From IMG/VR virus record IMGVR_UViG_3300015245_000019: 43,164 bases of DNA. One strand, 5' to 3'. The position numbers and the translations under genes were made by a program. The notes under the pieces were generated by a model. It was not told where the DNA came from. It worked only from the letters and a program-made list of their open reading frames with translations, and did no database searches. Origin of the DNA: a virus. Of the stretch, positions 31,427-40,179 are shown piece after piece. The number at the start of each line of letters is the position of its first letter. Position 1 is the first letter of the stretch.

Positions 31427-31632
31427 TTCCAGTCTACGGCTTCGGCTTTCGGCGGTGGGCCGAAGTTGGATCCTTCAGGATGCACAATGGTATAATCTGG
31501 ACAGATTATTGGCTCGACTGGCTGGGTGATACGGCAGGTTTTACGACGGGCTACTTCACGGTGGGAACGGGCAATGGGCAAGGGACGGCCGGCGACAAAG
31601 TTGAAGGAGATCCAGCAGTACCTGCTGGTTGA
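31423..31632 (+). CDS. Micro-ORF c (69 aa, MIPVYGFGF...)
   Basis: ATGA coupling to micro-ORF b. Trp/Tyr/Gly-rich. Its last ~58 nt overlap the terS-candidate start. Confidence 0.4.
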   Translation: MIPVYGFGFRRWAEVGSFRMHNGIIWTDYWLDWLGDTAGFTTGYFTVGTGNGQGTAGDKVEGDPAVPAG

Positions 31633-32173
31633 GGCGGCTCTCGGCCGCCATCCCACTTTGTGGGAAGCGGCCGACGCGACGAAGGCCCACTACATGACGG
31701 TCTCGCGAGCACGAGCTTCGCTCGTGAACACCGGCCAGCTCCCCGCACCGCCGCGCTCTTACAAGCCGCCTCGGGCCGTGCGGGTCGCAACGGAGTCGCC
31801 GTCAGCCTCCGACCAAGGCCATCCTGCCGCGGTGCGGCCCGCCGTCCCGTCTCTTCCCTCCTCTCCTGAGCCGGATAGTTCACAAAGTAAGGACGAGGAC
31901 GAAGTCCTCCGCGCCATCTCGGTATCTCTCTCTCCGGAGGAGCAGCGCGAAGAGCTGTCTCGTCTTGCCCGCGACGCCTCTCGCGACGAAGTCCGCGTCA
32001 GCGCGCTAAGCGCGCTCGCACGTCTCGACTCCATGACCGGCTCTCAAGTTGGTGCCGGCATTCCACCGCCTCTCACGGAGGAGGACCGCATTGCGCGGCT
32101 ATCAGTTCTTTGCCGGGCCGTCGGTGAAAGCGTGGCTCGACTTGCGTTCAAGATGGCCTTCAACCGTGAATGA
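31574..32173 (+). CDS. Small terminase subunit candidate (N-terminal HTH)
   Basis: Start set at MGKGRPATKLKEIQQYLL... HTH-like region TLWEAADATKAHYMTVSRARASL, a disordered Pro/Ser linker and a helical C-terminus. It lies upstream of terL. Confidence 0.5.
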   Translation: MGKGRPATKLKEIQQYLLVEAALGRHPTLWEAADATKAHYMTVSRARASLVNTGQLPAPPRSYKPPRAVRVATESPSASDQGHPAAVRPAVPSLPSSPEPDSSQSKDEDEVLRAISVSLSPEEQREELSRLARDASRDEVRVSALSALARLDSMTGSQVGAGIPPPLTEEDRIARLSVLCRAVGESVARLAFKMAFNRE

Positions 32174-32336
32174 CACTCCTCCCATACCTATCTATTCCGA
32201 CCACGAGCGGCAACTGTTGGCCAAGATCCGGGAGAACGAAGAGCGCGTTACCCGGCTCGCGATAACCAACAAGATGCTCCGCGCCGCAATCGAGGACATG
32301 AAGGACCTACTGAGGAGCTATGGCCACGAAGTCTAG
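32166..32336 (+). CDS. Small coiled-coil protein
   Basis: 56 aa from a GTG overlapping the terS-candidate stop. ERQLLAKIRENEERVTRLAITNKMLRAAIEDMKDLL. Confidence 0.4.
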   Translation: MNDTPPIPIYSDHERQLLAKIRENEERVTRLAITNKMLRAAIEDMKDLLRSYGHEV

Positions 32337-32517
32337 ACGCACCAAAACGCACGTCTCGAAGTTCGAATTCAAGACGTCGGACGATCTGGTCCGCTTTATT
32401 ACGGCAGTTGATGTATACGATACGCGTTACTATCCACCATTGCTCTTACCGAAGGACGGATGGAGAACCCCCGACCTCGAAGGACTGCCAGTCTATGGAT
32501 ATGGCTTCTCTTTCTGA
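32320..32517 (+). CDS. Small protein ending in PVYGYGFSF
   Basis: 65 aa with an ATG start overlapping the previous ORF. The C-terminal residues carry the VYGYGF motif at 32491-32508. Confidence 0.45.
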   Translation: MATKSRRTKTHVSKFEFKTSDDLVRFITAVDVYDTRYYPPLLLPKDGWRTPDLEGLPVYGYGFSF

Positions 32518-32677
32518 GATCGGGGTTTACGGCTACGACCTGGCACGGGATTACCACGTCATAGTGGCTGGCATGACCGGTCATCTGCTGGAACGCATCG
32601 AAACCGACATCTTCGCCCTCTACTCCAAGGATGGAGTTGATGACGATAAACGCCCCGCCCAGCCCTCCTCTCCCTGA
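32495..32677 (+). CDS. Small protein MDMASLSEIGVYGYDLARDY...
   Basis: 60 aa from the ATG at 32495, which lies inside the previous ORF's motif codons. It overlaps the terL start by 47 nt. Confidence 0.35.
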   Translation: MDMASLSEIGVYGYDLARDYHVIVAGMTGHLLERIETDIFALYSKDGVDDDKRPAQPSSP

Positions 32678-34442
32678 GCCGGATAGTGTAGCCGGCGCCT
32701 TCGGCGCTTGGTCCTCCGACGACGAAGCGGCTCTTTGGGCCGACATCTGCCGGGAGTCCTTCTGGTGGTTCCTCCAAATTGCCTGGGGTGCGGCCTTCTA
32801 CATGGAGGCCAATCCCCACGACCGCTGGCTAACCGAGCGCCTCCACAAGCCGATCTGCGACTGGCTGGAGCGGCACGCCCGGGACTGGGAGGGCCGGCGC
32901 GCCGCCGGCTTGAAGGAGAGGAAGAAGCTCGCCGTCATCCTTCCCCGGTCCTACGGGAAGACGGTCATCGTGACGAAGGCCCTCACGCTCTGGGCTCACA
33001 TCAGAAATCCTAACATCGCCACCTACATCGGCAGCGAAACTGCTGAGAAGGCCCTCGACTTCCTCCGGCCCGTGAAGGCGGTCCTCGACGGAAGCGATGG
33101 TTTTTCTCGCTTCACGAAGCTCTACGGCAACTGGTACAACCCAGAACGGCTGTGGACTCACAGAACACTTGTTCACGCGATGCGTGAACAAGTAGGCCGT
33201 TCAGAGCCATCGTTTGACACTTGGGGAGTGGAGCAGGGCATCACCGGCGCCCACCCCGACTGGGGAGTCTTCGATGACCCGATCTCGGAAGAGAAGCTCA
33301 AGGACAGTGGGGCCTGGATCAGTTCCGTCAACACCGCGATTGCGGCTCTCCGCCCGGCATTTCGCACGGATTCTTTCTTTGTGTTGGTCGGCACCCGTTA
33401 CCGGGACAACGACGCCATCGGGACCTACCTTCCGATGGAAGGGGTAAAGACCTGGTCGGGAATGCAGTGCCCTGAGGCTCGCCTCTCCCCGCAGGAGAGG
33501 GGAGAGTGGGACGTGTACTACCTCCAGGCCCTCGACAACAATGGGGAGAGCACTTTCCCCGAGATGTGGCCGACGGAGGAACTACGTAAGTACCAAGGGT
33601 CGAAGTCGATCGAGTTCGCCTCGCAGATGATGAATGATCCCGCCTCGGGGGAGCATATGGTCCTCACGATGGAACAGGTGGACCAGCTCTGGGTGGAGAA
33701 GGAGAACCTCCCAAGTTATCTCTCCTACTCGATCCACTGCGACACGGCTTTTAAGGCGATGGCGAGGATGGGCCGCGGGGACGAGTCGGTCGTCGTGGTC
33801 TTCGGCCACGACATGCGCGGCAACGGGGACGTGTACTACATCGAGGGCTACGGATCGAACACCTGGCGCATAGAAGAGTTCACTGACGAGCTGTTGAAGA
33901 TCTGCCAGAACTACAAGCGGCAAGGGAAGCGGATTCGGATCCTCACGGACGAGCGGGAGATGGGCGGGAAGACCGGCACTTGGGAGTCGTGGCTCCGAAG
34001 TGCCTTCGCGGGAGCCGGCGTGCTGATGCCGCCATTTCAACTGCTCAACAGGTCGAAACTGAAGAAGGAACTCCGCATCCGGGAAGCCGCAGGCTTCTGG
34101 GTTGATGGCCACGTCAGGCTGATTCGCGGCGCACCGGGCGTCCACCGCCTCCTTACCCAGATGATTCGGATCGGCGTTTCGGCCCACGACGACTGGGCCG
34201 ACGCTGCTGCCGACACCTTCGCCCCCGAAGTCTACAAGCCGATGCTCAACCCGGAGCGCAGCTCCGGGGACGATGGTGCCTATCCCGTCCAGCCAGGTGA
34301 CGACTTCCTCGGCCGGCGTTTGACGAACGACGCCGTCCGGAAGTTCTATGACGTCGCGAATGGTCAGTGGGTGAACAAGTTCTTCGACGAAAGAGAAGAG
34401 GAAATGAGCAAATGGGCTGCAAACATTAAAGATGTCTCTTGA
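32631..34442 (+). CDS. terL: Terminase large subunit
   Basis: 603 aa. Walker A-like ILPRSYGKTV and Walker B VFDDPISEE. C-terminal RNase H-like nuclease region (YSIHCDTAFK, VVVVFGHD, DDWADAAAD). Confidence 0.85.
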   Translation: MELMTINAPPSPPLPEPDSVAGAFGAWSSDDEAALWADICRESFWWFLQIAWGAAFYMEANPHDRWLTERLHKPICDWLERHARDWEGRRAAGLKERKKLAVILPRSYGKTVIVTKALTLWAHIRNPNIATYIGSETAEKALDFLRPVKAVLDGSDGFSRFTKLYGNWYNPERLWTHRTLVHAMREQVGRSEPSFDTWGVEQGITGAHPDWGVFDDPISEEKLKDSGAWISSVNTAIAALRPAFRTDSFFVLVGTRYRDNDAIGTYLPMEGVKTWSGMQCPEARLSPQERGEWDVYYLQALDNNGESTFPEMWPTEELRKYQGSKSIEFASQMMNDPASGEHMVLTMEQVDQLWVEKENLPSYLSYSIHCDTAFKAMARMGRGDESVVVVFGHDMRGNGDVYYIEGYGSNTWRIEEFTDELLKICQNYKRQGKRIRILTDEREMGGKTGTWESWLRSAFAGAGVLMPPFQLLNRSKLKKELRIREAAGFWVDGHVRLIRGAPGVHRLLTQMIRIGVSAHDDWADAAADTFAPEVYKPMLNPERSSGDDGAYPVQPGDDFLGRRLTNDAVRKFYDVANGQWVNKFFDEREEEMSKWAANIKDVS

Positions 34443-34504
34443 CACACGCGAAGTGCGCCGTATCGTTTCCCGTGTGGCCAAAGGCCACACGGGAGGGGCA
34501 GCGG

Positions 34505-35218
34505 GTGGCGGACGAGTATCAGCAGATTGTTGAAGACCTAGCACCGGAGGCGCCAGCGGCGCCTCCGGACATTGCCGCGCCTCTCCTCCCCCCCGAGACG
34601 GTTCCAGCTGGTTACCCAAGGCCACCGCACGACGCTGATTTTCGCGTCGTCTACTTCGATCTAGAGATCCGTAACTCCATCGAGTCTTGCGGGGGCTGGG
34701 AAGGCGCCATCAGCCAAGGCGGAGTCTCAGCTCTTTGTCTCTGGGACTCGATCGACGAAAACGCCGTCTTCTACGACGACCACTGCCTCGATACTGCAGC
34801 TCTCCACCTCGAAGATGCCGACGTCGTTGTGTCTTTCAACGGGAAGGCTTTCGACGTGCCGCTTATCGAGCGGCATCTCCGGCGCACCCTTCACCTGAAA
34901 GAGCACATCGACGTCTTCGAGCTGGCGAAGAAGGGCCTTGAGCGATACGGCAAGCCGTGGAAGGGCAACGGTCTCGATGCTCTATCATCGAAAACGGTCC
35001 ATCGCGGAAAGAACGGCGTAGGTTCCCACGCTCCGCAACTCGTTGCGGAGGGCCACTGGGCGGAGTTGTTCACCTACTGCCTTCGAGACGTGGTTCTCAC
35101 CCGCGATTTGCTCACCTTTGCCCGCCGAAACGGCTACATCTTCGATAAGGACGGCCAAGTCTTGCCTCTAGATGTCCCGAGCTGGCTGCAGCTGCGCCCC
35201 GGAGTAACGCCCAAGTGA
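34505..35218 (+). CDS. DEDD / RNase H-like 3'-5' exonuclease (YprB-like)
   Basis: Start set at a GTG with a GGGAGGGG RBS; the ORF track starts at TTG 34439. VVYFDLEIRN, VVSFNGKAFDVPLIERHL, HIDVFE and TYCLRDVVLTRDLL follow the DEDD pattern. Confidence 0.6.
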   Translation: MADEYQQIVEDLAPEAPAAPPDIAAPLLPPETVPAGYPRPPHDADFRVVYFDLEIRNSIESCGGWEGAISQGGVSALCLWDSIDENAVFYDDHCLDTAALHLEDADVVVSFNGKAFDVPLIERHLRRTLHLKEHIDVFELAKKGLERYGKPWKGNGLDALSSKTVHRGKNGVGSHAPQLVAEGHWAELFTYCLRDVVLTRDLLTFARRNGYIFDKDGQVLPLDVPSWLQLRPGVTPK

Positions 35219-37131
35219 CCTCTATGAGTGAGGTAAGGCTGGACCCAACCGCCGAAGGGCGCCGGGACCAGATTGCCGGGCTAGTTCGGGCAAGAAAAGA
35301 GCACTCGGAGAACCACTTTTCGGGGATCCGGAGAGAACTCCCCCAGTACTACGATCTCTATCGCGGCGTCATCACGGGCCGGCACACCCCGCACAAGAAC
35401 AACATCCACATCCCGCTGATTTTTAGCACCATTCAGAGCGACGTGGCGCGGAAAACCCAGACGTCCTTCGGCTCTTGGCCGATTGTGTCGTTCGTTGGCT
35501 ACGATCCGGGTGATGCGTCGCTTGCTCGGAAGCGCGAGGCCCTCATCTCGGCGCAAATGCGCGACATGGGCATCTTTAGGAAGGGCTACGAGGTGTTTCT
35601 CACGGCGGATCTCTACGGAACGGCCGTTATTCGCTACGGGTGGGACCGAAGAGACCAAGAGATGGATGTCGAACGGTTCGATCGCCTTCCGCTGAGCGGG
35701 AAGATGGTCCGAGTAGCGAATCAGCAGACCGTTACCATCTTCGACGGCCCGAACTTCGTGGTAAAGGATCTCCTCGACTGCTTTCCGCAGCCCGGTTTCC
35801 GCACAATCGAGACGATGGGCTGGTTCTGTGAGCAGGACTACATGGATTGGGACCTGATCCGCATGTATTCTGAGATGCCGATGAGCGGAGGGTACTTTTT
35901 CGACCCTGCAGAGGTCGAAAGGATGAGAACTGACGGCGGAACGTCGGTCACAGAGATCGACACGCAGGACTACAAGAGCTGGAGGACGCAAAGCCGCACG
36001 ATGGTCGAGGAAGACGCTCGGCAGAGCGAGCGATACGCCCGTCCAGTAAAACTGATCACGATGTGGGGAAAGATTCCGTCGGAGTTGGCCCCGGACGGTA
36101 TCGTGGATCGCGTGATCACTGTGGCCAACGGCAAATACGTCCTCCGGAACCGACCGATTCCCTTCTGGGCAGGACAGAAACCGTTCTTTGCGTATTCTCC
36201 AATGCCGGATCCGCACTACTTTTTTGCCGCGGGAAAGGCCGAAGTGGCGGCGAAGTTGCAGGTGCTCGCAAACCGTTTCACCAACCAGCAGCTCGATGCG
36301 CTGGAGATCTTCATCGATCCGGTCTTCTTCGTGAACTTGAATAGCGGCCTCGATACGAGGAATCTGTTTATCCGACCGGGCAAGTTTATCCCGATGGACG
36401 GAAACCCGGCCGAGATGATCATGCCGCTCCAGCCGAACCTGACTGGCCTCCAGCTGGGCGGGCAGATGACAGAGTCTGTCTGGCGGTGGATGCAGCAAGG
36501 CTCTGGCATCGTCGAAGACACCGTCATGGGGGGCGGCGCGCAGAGACAGACAGCGCGGGAGTTCTTAGGGCGGAGCGAAGCTGTCGCCACGCGGCTTCTG
36601 ATGGAGTCTCGCATGTTCGAGGAGATCTTCCTGGAGCCGCTTGCCGACACTTTCGTCGATCTAAACCGCCAGTTCCTTGAGCACGACAAAGAGGTCTTTA
36701 TCCTCGGGCAGAGTGCCGACCAGGATCCCGTCACTGGCGAGCCGGTCCCAGCCCAAACCCGTCTTCTTGTTACCGGCTTCGATCTTGTGCCGAACTACGA
36801 AGCACGGGCTCTTGGATCGACGACAAAGCTGGCTCGGAGTCAGCGCCAGCAGACGTTGACGTTCCTCATGCAGGCGATGGGGTCGAATCCGATGGTGGCG
36901 TCTGCCGTGAACTGGATCAACTTCTTCCGGGACACGCTTCGTGAGTTCGAGATCGCCAACGTGAACGAGATCATCAACACGCCGGCGCAACAGGCGGCAA
37001 TGATGCAGGCCCAGCAAGGCGCCGGAGCGGCTCCGGGACCTGCCGTCCCCGGCCAGGCAGCAGAACCGCGGCTTGTGGTTAGCGGCGGATTGCCGACTCT
37101 GCCGGGTCAGGGCACTGAGACGATACAGTAA
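35215..37131 (+). CDS. Portal (head-tail connector) protein, podovirus/T7 gp8-like
   Basis: 638 aa with a GTGA overlap on the upstream gene. It follows terL. The N-terminal pattern YYDLYRGV...NIHIPLIFSTIQSDVARKTQTSFG resembles T7-type connector proteins. Confidence 0.8.
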   Translation: MTSMSEVRLDPTAEGRRDQIAGLVRARKEHSENHFSGIRRELPQYYDLYRGVITGRHTPHKNNIHIPLIFSTIQSDVARKTQTSFGSWPIVSFVGYDPGDASLARKREALISAQMRDMGIFRKGYEVFLTADLYGTAVIRYGWDRRDQEMDVERFDRLPLSGKMVRVANQQTVTIFDGPNFVVKDLLDCFPQPGFRTIETMGWFCEQDYMDWDLIRMYSEMPMSGGYFFDPAEVERMRTDGGTSVTEIDTQDYKSWRTQSRTMVEEDARQSERYARPVKLITMWGKIPSELAPDGIVDRVITVANGKYVLRNRPIPFWAGQKPFFAYSPMPDPHYFFAAGKAEVAAKLQVLANRFTNQQLDALEIFIDPVFFVNLNSGLDTRNLFIRPGKFIPMDGNPAEMIMPLQPNLTGLQLGGQMTESVWRWMQQGSGIVEDTVMGGGAQRQTAREFLGRSEAVATRLLMESRMFEEIFLEPLADTFVDLNRQFLEHDKEVFILGQSADQDPVTGEPVPAQTRLLVTGFDLVPNYEARALGSTTKLARSQRQQTLTFLMQAMGSNPMVASAVNWINFFRDTLREFEIANVNEIINTPAQQAAMMQAQQGAGAAPGPAVPGQAAEPRLVVSGGLPTLPGQGTETIQ

Positions 37132-37436
37132 TGCCACTCGACGAGGCTCACGAGGCGCTGTCAAGGCTGCTCTTGAATCCGGCTTGGGACGGGGTTATCA
37201 AAACCCGGATTAACTTGATGGTGAAAACGCTGTACAATCAGATCATCGACCCGTCGCAGAACCGGAAGGACAGAGCAAGTGACGACTTCATTCGGGGACA
37301 GATACAGGCTCTGAAGTGGGTTGTGACGTTCCCCGACGAGGAGATGAACCACGCAGTAACGGAGATCCTAATGGAGGCGGAGCCTCCTCCGCCTCCGCCG
37401 CTGTTCGGCGACCAAGGAAGGACGCCCAATGAGTGA
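37131..37436 (+). CDS. Hypothetical protein between portal and scaffold
   Basis: 101-aa ORF with a TAATG overlap on the portal stop. Poly-Pro near the C-terminus. Confidence 0.55.
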   Translation: MPLDEAHEALSRLLLNPAWDGVIKTRINLMVKTLYNQIIDPSQNRKDRASDDFIRGQIQALKWVVTFPDEEMNHAVTEILMEAEPPPPPPLFGDQGRTPNE

Positions 37437-38403
37437 CGAAGTAGCACCTCCTACAAAAGAGCAGACCGCAGAAGAGGCAAAAGGCAGTTTGCTGGATGCT
37501 ATCTCCCAGCAGGCTCTCGATGCCACTGGCGGGGACGTGTATCGCGCGGGTCAGCCCCTCGCGACTCCGGACCAGCCCCCTGTGGCCCCTGCAAAAGCGG
37601 CGGCTGATGCCGCCGCTGGCGGCGAAGAGACCTCCTCTTCTCAGCCGAAGGCTGAGGAACCGCTCGATAGACTTGGGCGGCTTCTCGGCAATAAGTACAC
37701 CTCGATCGAAGAGGCGGAGAAGGGCATCCACCAGCTGCTCCAAGACCGGAAGGCGGCGCAAGACTCTGCGACGAACGCTCATGCTGAGCTAGAGCGTATC
37801 CGCGGTGCCGTTGTAGCGAATGGCCACGCAGCGGCAGAGCCGCCGCCGGACCCTATGTCGGAGCTGGAGATGCTCGGATTCCCGAAGGACATCATGGAGA
37901 GGGCGATTGAACACAAGCTGCGAGCTGTTATCGCAGCGGATGCTAAGCCCTTCAATGAGCGCGTGGCTGCGGACAAGGAGATCGTCGGAAAGTACCCCGA
38001 CTATGAGAAGCAATTCGATGAGCTGAGCAGCTGGCTCGGGCAACACAAAGACATCGAAAAGCAGGTGCTTCTTGCGGAGAACGCGGGCCACTACACGCTG
38101 GCGAGAGAATTCGCCTGGCTCCAATTCGATCGAGACAAGGCAGCGAGGACAGAGACCCAAACAACCGATGCGGCAGCGGAAACCGCCGTGAAGCGCACAG
38201 AGAAGAGAAGTGACGCGAGGACCTTTCAACCCAGCCAGACAACGGAAGCTCGTATCCCGCCTCCAGCGGAAAACCGGAATGTGATCGGCAAAGACGAGTT
38301 TCAGAAGCTAACGGACCTTGCGAGGGCGGGCTACGAGCAGCCGCTCTGGCGCAGAACGATCGGAGAGACGCTGTCTAAAGACGTGTTTCCAGATTCGAAT
38401 TAG
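37429..38403 (+). CDS. Scaffolding protein
   Basis: 324 aa with an AAGGAAGGA RBS. Ala/Glu/Lys-rich helical composition. It sits between the portal and the major capsid gene. Confidence 0.6.
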   Translation: MSDEVAPPTKEQTAEEAKGSLLDAISQQALDATGGDVYRAGQPLATPDQPPVAPAKAAADAAAGGEETSSSQPKAEEPLDRLGRLLGNKYTSIEEAEKGIHQLLQDRKAAQDSATNAHAELERIRGAVVANGHAAAEPPPDPMSELEMLGFPKDIMERAIEHKLRAVIAADAKPFNERVAADKEIVGKYPDYEKQFDELSSWLGQHKDIEKQVLLAENAGHYTLAREFAWLQFDRDKAARTETQTTDAAAETAVKRTEKRSDARTFQPSQTTEARIPPPAENRNVIGKDEFQKLTDLARAGYEQPLWRRTIGETLSKDVFPDSN

Positions 38404-38419
38404 CGGCGCGTAGCGCCGC
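38403..38419 (+). promoter_or_regulatory. 7-bp hairpin abutting the capsid-gene RBS
   Basis: GCGGCGC-gta-GCGCCGC read directly. It ends 1 nt before the GGAGGG RBS of the capsid gene. Confidence 0.35.
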
Positions 38420-38431
38420 GGAGGGCCAAGG

Positions 38432-39448
38432 ATGGCAGCTCCTGGTAATTTTGGGGTCTATGGATTCGGCTTTCTCGCAGGAGCGGGGGCGAATCGAGAG
38501 GACCTGCTAGACCTCATCACCAACGTGGATCCGTGGGACACTCCGTGGGTGTCTCAGGCGCCGAAGGTGCGCGCCATGCACGTGGTCCACGAGTGGCTGA
38601 GGGACACGCTTGCCGCCACGAGCACCGCTTCTGGCGCCGCAGGCGCCATTGCCGTTGAAGGTGACGACTGGGCGTACAACACGCTCACGACACGCCCGAC
38701 GCGGGTGACGAATCAGACGATGATTTTCCGGAAGGACATCGCGGTGTCTGAGACACAGCGAGCCGTCAATCCGGCCGGCTTCAAGGACGCGTACAGCTAC
38801 GAAATCGCGAAGGCGACGAAAGAACTCGCCAGGAACATGGAAGTTTGGTTCTTCCACGTCTGTGCGACGGGCGATACGGGGTCGAGTGCCGCGGTGCGCC
38901 GCGCGATCGGCTTCCAGGGCTTCATCACAACGACGGCTGCCACAAACCGTACCGTTTCCTCCCTCGGCTCTGCAACGAACAACAGCGGTGTGCTTACGCA
39001 GAACGACATCAACAACGCTCTGCAGGACGCCTTTACCAACGGTGCCGATCCGGAGCTGGTTTTTGTCTCTCCGGCCATCAAGCGGCAGATTAGTGCATTC
39101 ACTGTCACCCAGCAAAACCGAAACATCGCTGCGATCGAGAAGAAGCTCGTCAACTCGGTGGATTTCTACCTCAGCGACTTCGGAATGATTCAGCTGATTC
39201 TCGACCGTTGGGTTCCTCAAGCGGCGAGCACGAGCACCGCGACGGCGCAGGCTACGGACGTCTCGGGGAACATCTTCTTCCTCGAACGTGCAAAGAACCG
39301 TCTCGCATGGTTACGGCCGATGGCTCACACGCTCATCGGGAAGCGCGGCGACAGTGTCGCCGGGTCGATTCTCGGAGAAGTAACGCTCGAAGTGCTCTCG
39401 GAAAGAGCGAACTACCGCATCAATCGCGTCAGTAACGTCACTGCGTAG
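38432..39448 (+). CDS. Major capsid protein (DUF5309 / SU10-type, HK97-fold)
   Basis: 338 aa with a GGAGGG RBS. EDLLDLITNVDPWDTPWVSQAPKVRAMHVVHEWLRDTL matches the N-terminal signature of DUF5309-type capsid proteins as I recall it. It follows the scaffold and is followed by a strong hairpin. Confidence 0.8.
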   Translation: MAAPGNFGVYGFGFLAGAGANREDLLDLITNVDPWDTPWVSQAPKVRAMHVVHEWLRDTLAATSTASGAAGAIAVEGDDWAYNTLTTRPTRVTNQTMIFRKDIAVSETQRAVNPAGFKDAYSYEIAKATKELARNMEVWFFHVCATGDTGSSAAVRRAIGFQGFITTTAATNRTVSSLGSATNNSGVLTQNDINNALQDAFTNGADPELVFVSPAIKRQISAFTVTQQNRNIAAIEKKLVNSVDFYLSDFGMIQLILDRWVPQAASTSTATAQATDVSGNIFFLERAKNRLAWLRPMAHTLIGKRGDSVAGSILGEVTLEVLSERANYRINRVSNVTA

Positions 39449-39487
39449 CAGTGACGTGGGCCAGGGAAGGCCCAGTTGGAGGAGAGC

Positions 39488-39515
39488 GGTGCGGGCTGCC
39501 GGCCCGCGCCGCACC
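39488..39515 (+). terminator. GC-rich hairpin after the capsid gene
   Basis: GGTGCGGGCTGCCGGCCCGCGCCGCACC: outer stem GGTGCGG/CCGCACC and inner stem GCGGGC/GCCCGC. There is no clear U-tract, so it may only attenuate or stabilise the transcript. Confidence 0.45.
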
Positions 39516-39532
39516 TCTGAACGGAGGTTCAA

Positions 39533-39787
39533 ATGGCGAAGCCATATCGGACCGGAGTAAAGGAGATCCAAGAAGAGGATTTCCTAGTTGCAGATCACGG
39601 TATTCCGACCAGCTATATCGAGCCCGGCTTAGTGTCTCAGGGACCAATGGAAGTAGTTGAAGCTCCCGGCGACACCCAGGGCAATTCTGGCTGGACGGCT
39701 GTGAAGGCACCGACCGACGACAACGATACGGTGGAAGGCGTTTCTGCCCAGAAGGGGAATCCTTTCCCAGGCGGAGGTTGGAACTGA
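39533..39787 (+). CDS. Hypothetical protein
   Basis: 84-aa ORF with a GGAGG RBS (ggaggttcaaATG). Confidence 0.55.
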   Translation: MAKPYRTGVKEIQEEDFLVADHGIPTSYIEPGLVSQGPMEVVEAPGDTQGNSGWTAVKAPTDDNDTVEGVSAQKGNPFPGGGWN

Positions 39788-39788
39788 G

Positions 39789-40016
39789 ATGGCAAAGCGC
39801 GCTAGTCCAGCTGTTCGGCAGGCTGCTCGGGCTAACTATCAGCAGGCCAAGGCCAACTCTGCCCCCGGCGAGGGCGGACGATTTGCGGCGGTTAAGGCGT
39901 CAGCGGCAGCGAGTGGAGCAACGAATCCGGGTGCCGTCGCGGCGGCCATAGGCCGCCGGAAGTACGGGAAGGCCCGGTTCCAAGCAATGGCAGCTGCAGG
40001 CCGCAAAGGCCACTGA
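39789..40016 (+). CDS. Conserved small phage protein (Ala-rich; RKYGKARFQAMAAAG)
   Basis: 75 aa. The pattern GGRFAAVKAS...NPGAVAAAIGRRKYGKARF recurs near capsid genes in other podophages, as I recall. Confidence 0.55.
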   Translation: MAKRASPAVRQAARANYQQAKANSAPGEGGRFAAVKASAAASGATNPGAVAAAIGRRKYGKARFQAMAAAGRKGH

Positions 40017-40017
40017 C

Positions 40018-40179
40018 GTGCCGTACAAGAGCCTGGCACAGGAGCGCAAGTTCCACGCGATGCTCGCCAGGGGCGAGATCGACGCTGCCACAGTGAAGGA
40101 GTACGACCAGGCGTCAAAGGGGATGAAACTGCCAGAACGGGTGGGGAAGAAGCCCACAAGGACGGCGCGCCGTGGCTGA
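40018..40179 (+). CDS. Small protein (53 aa) missing from the ORF track
   Basis: Hand translation from GTG 40018: VPYKSLAQERKFHAMLARGEIDAATVKEYDQASKGMKLPERVGKKPTRTARRG. It fills the gap between its neighbours exactly. Confidence 0.45.
   Translation: MPYKSLAQERKFHAMLARGEIDAATVKEYDQASKGMKLPERVGKKPTRTARRG

Noticed and set aside
31211-31449. The GTCTAYGGNTTCGGCTTY repeat as a DNA-level signal (promoter, pac site or phage-RNAP promoter).
   Set aside because: The copies differ mainly at third codon positions while the peptide is preserved. They sit a few codons inside ORFs rather than upstream. With only five copies this rejection is provisional.
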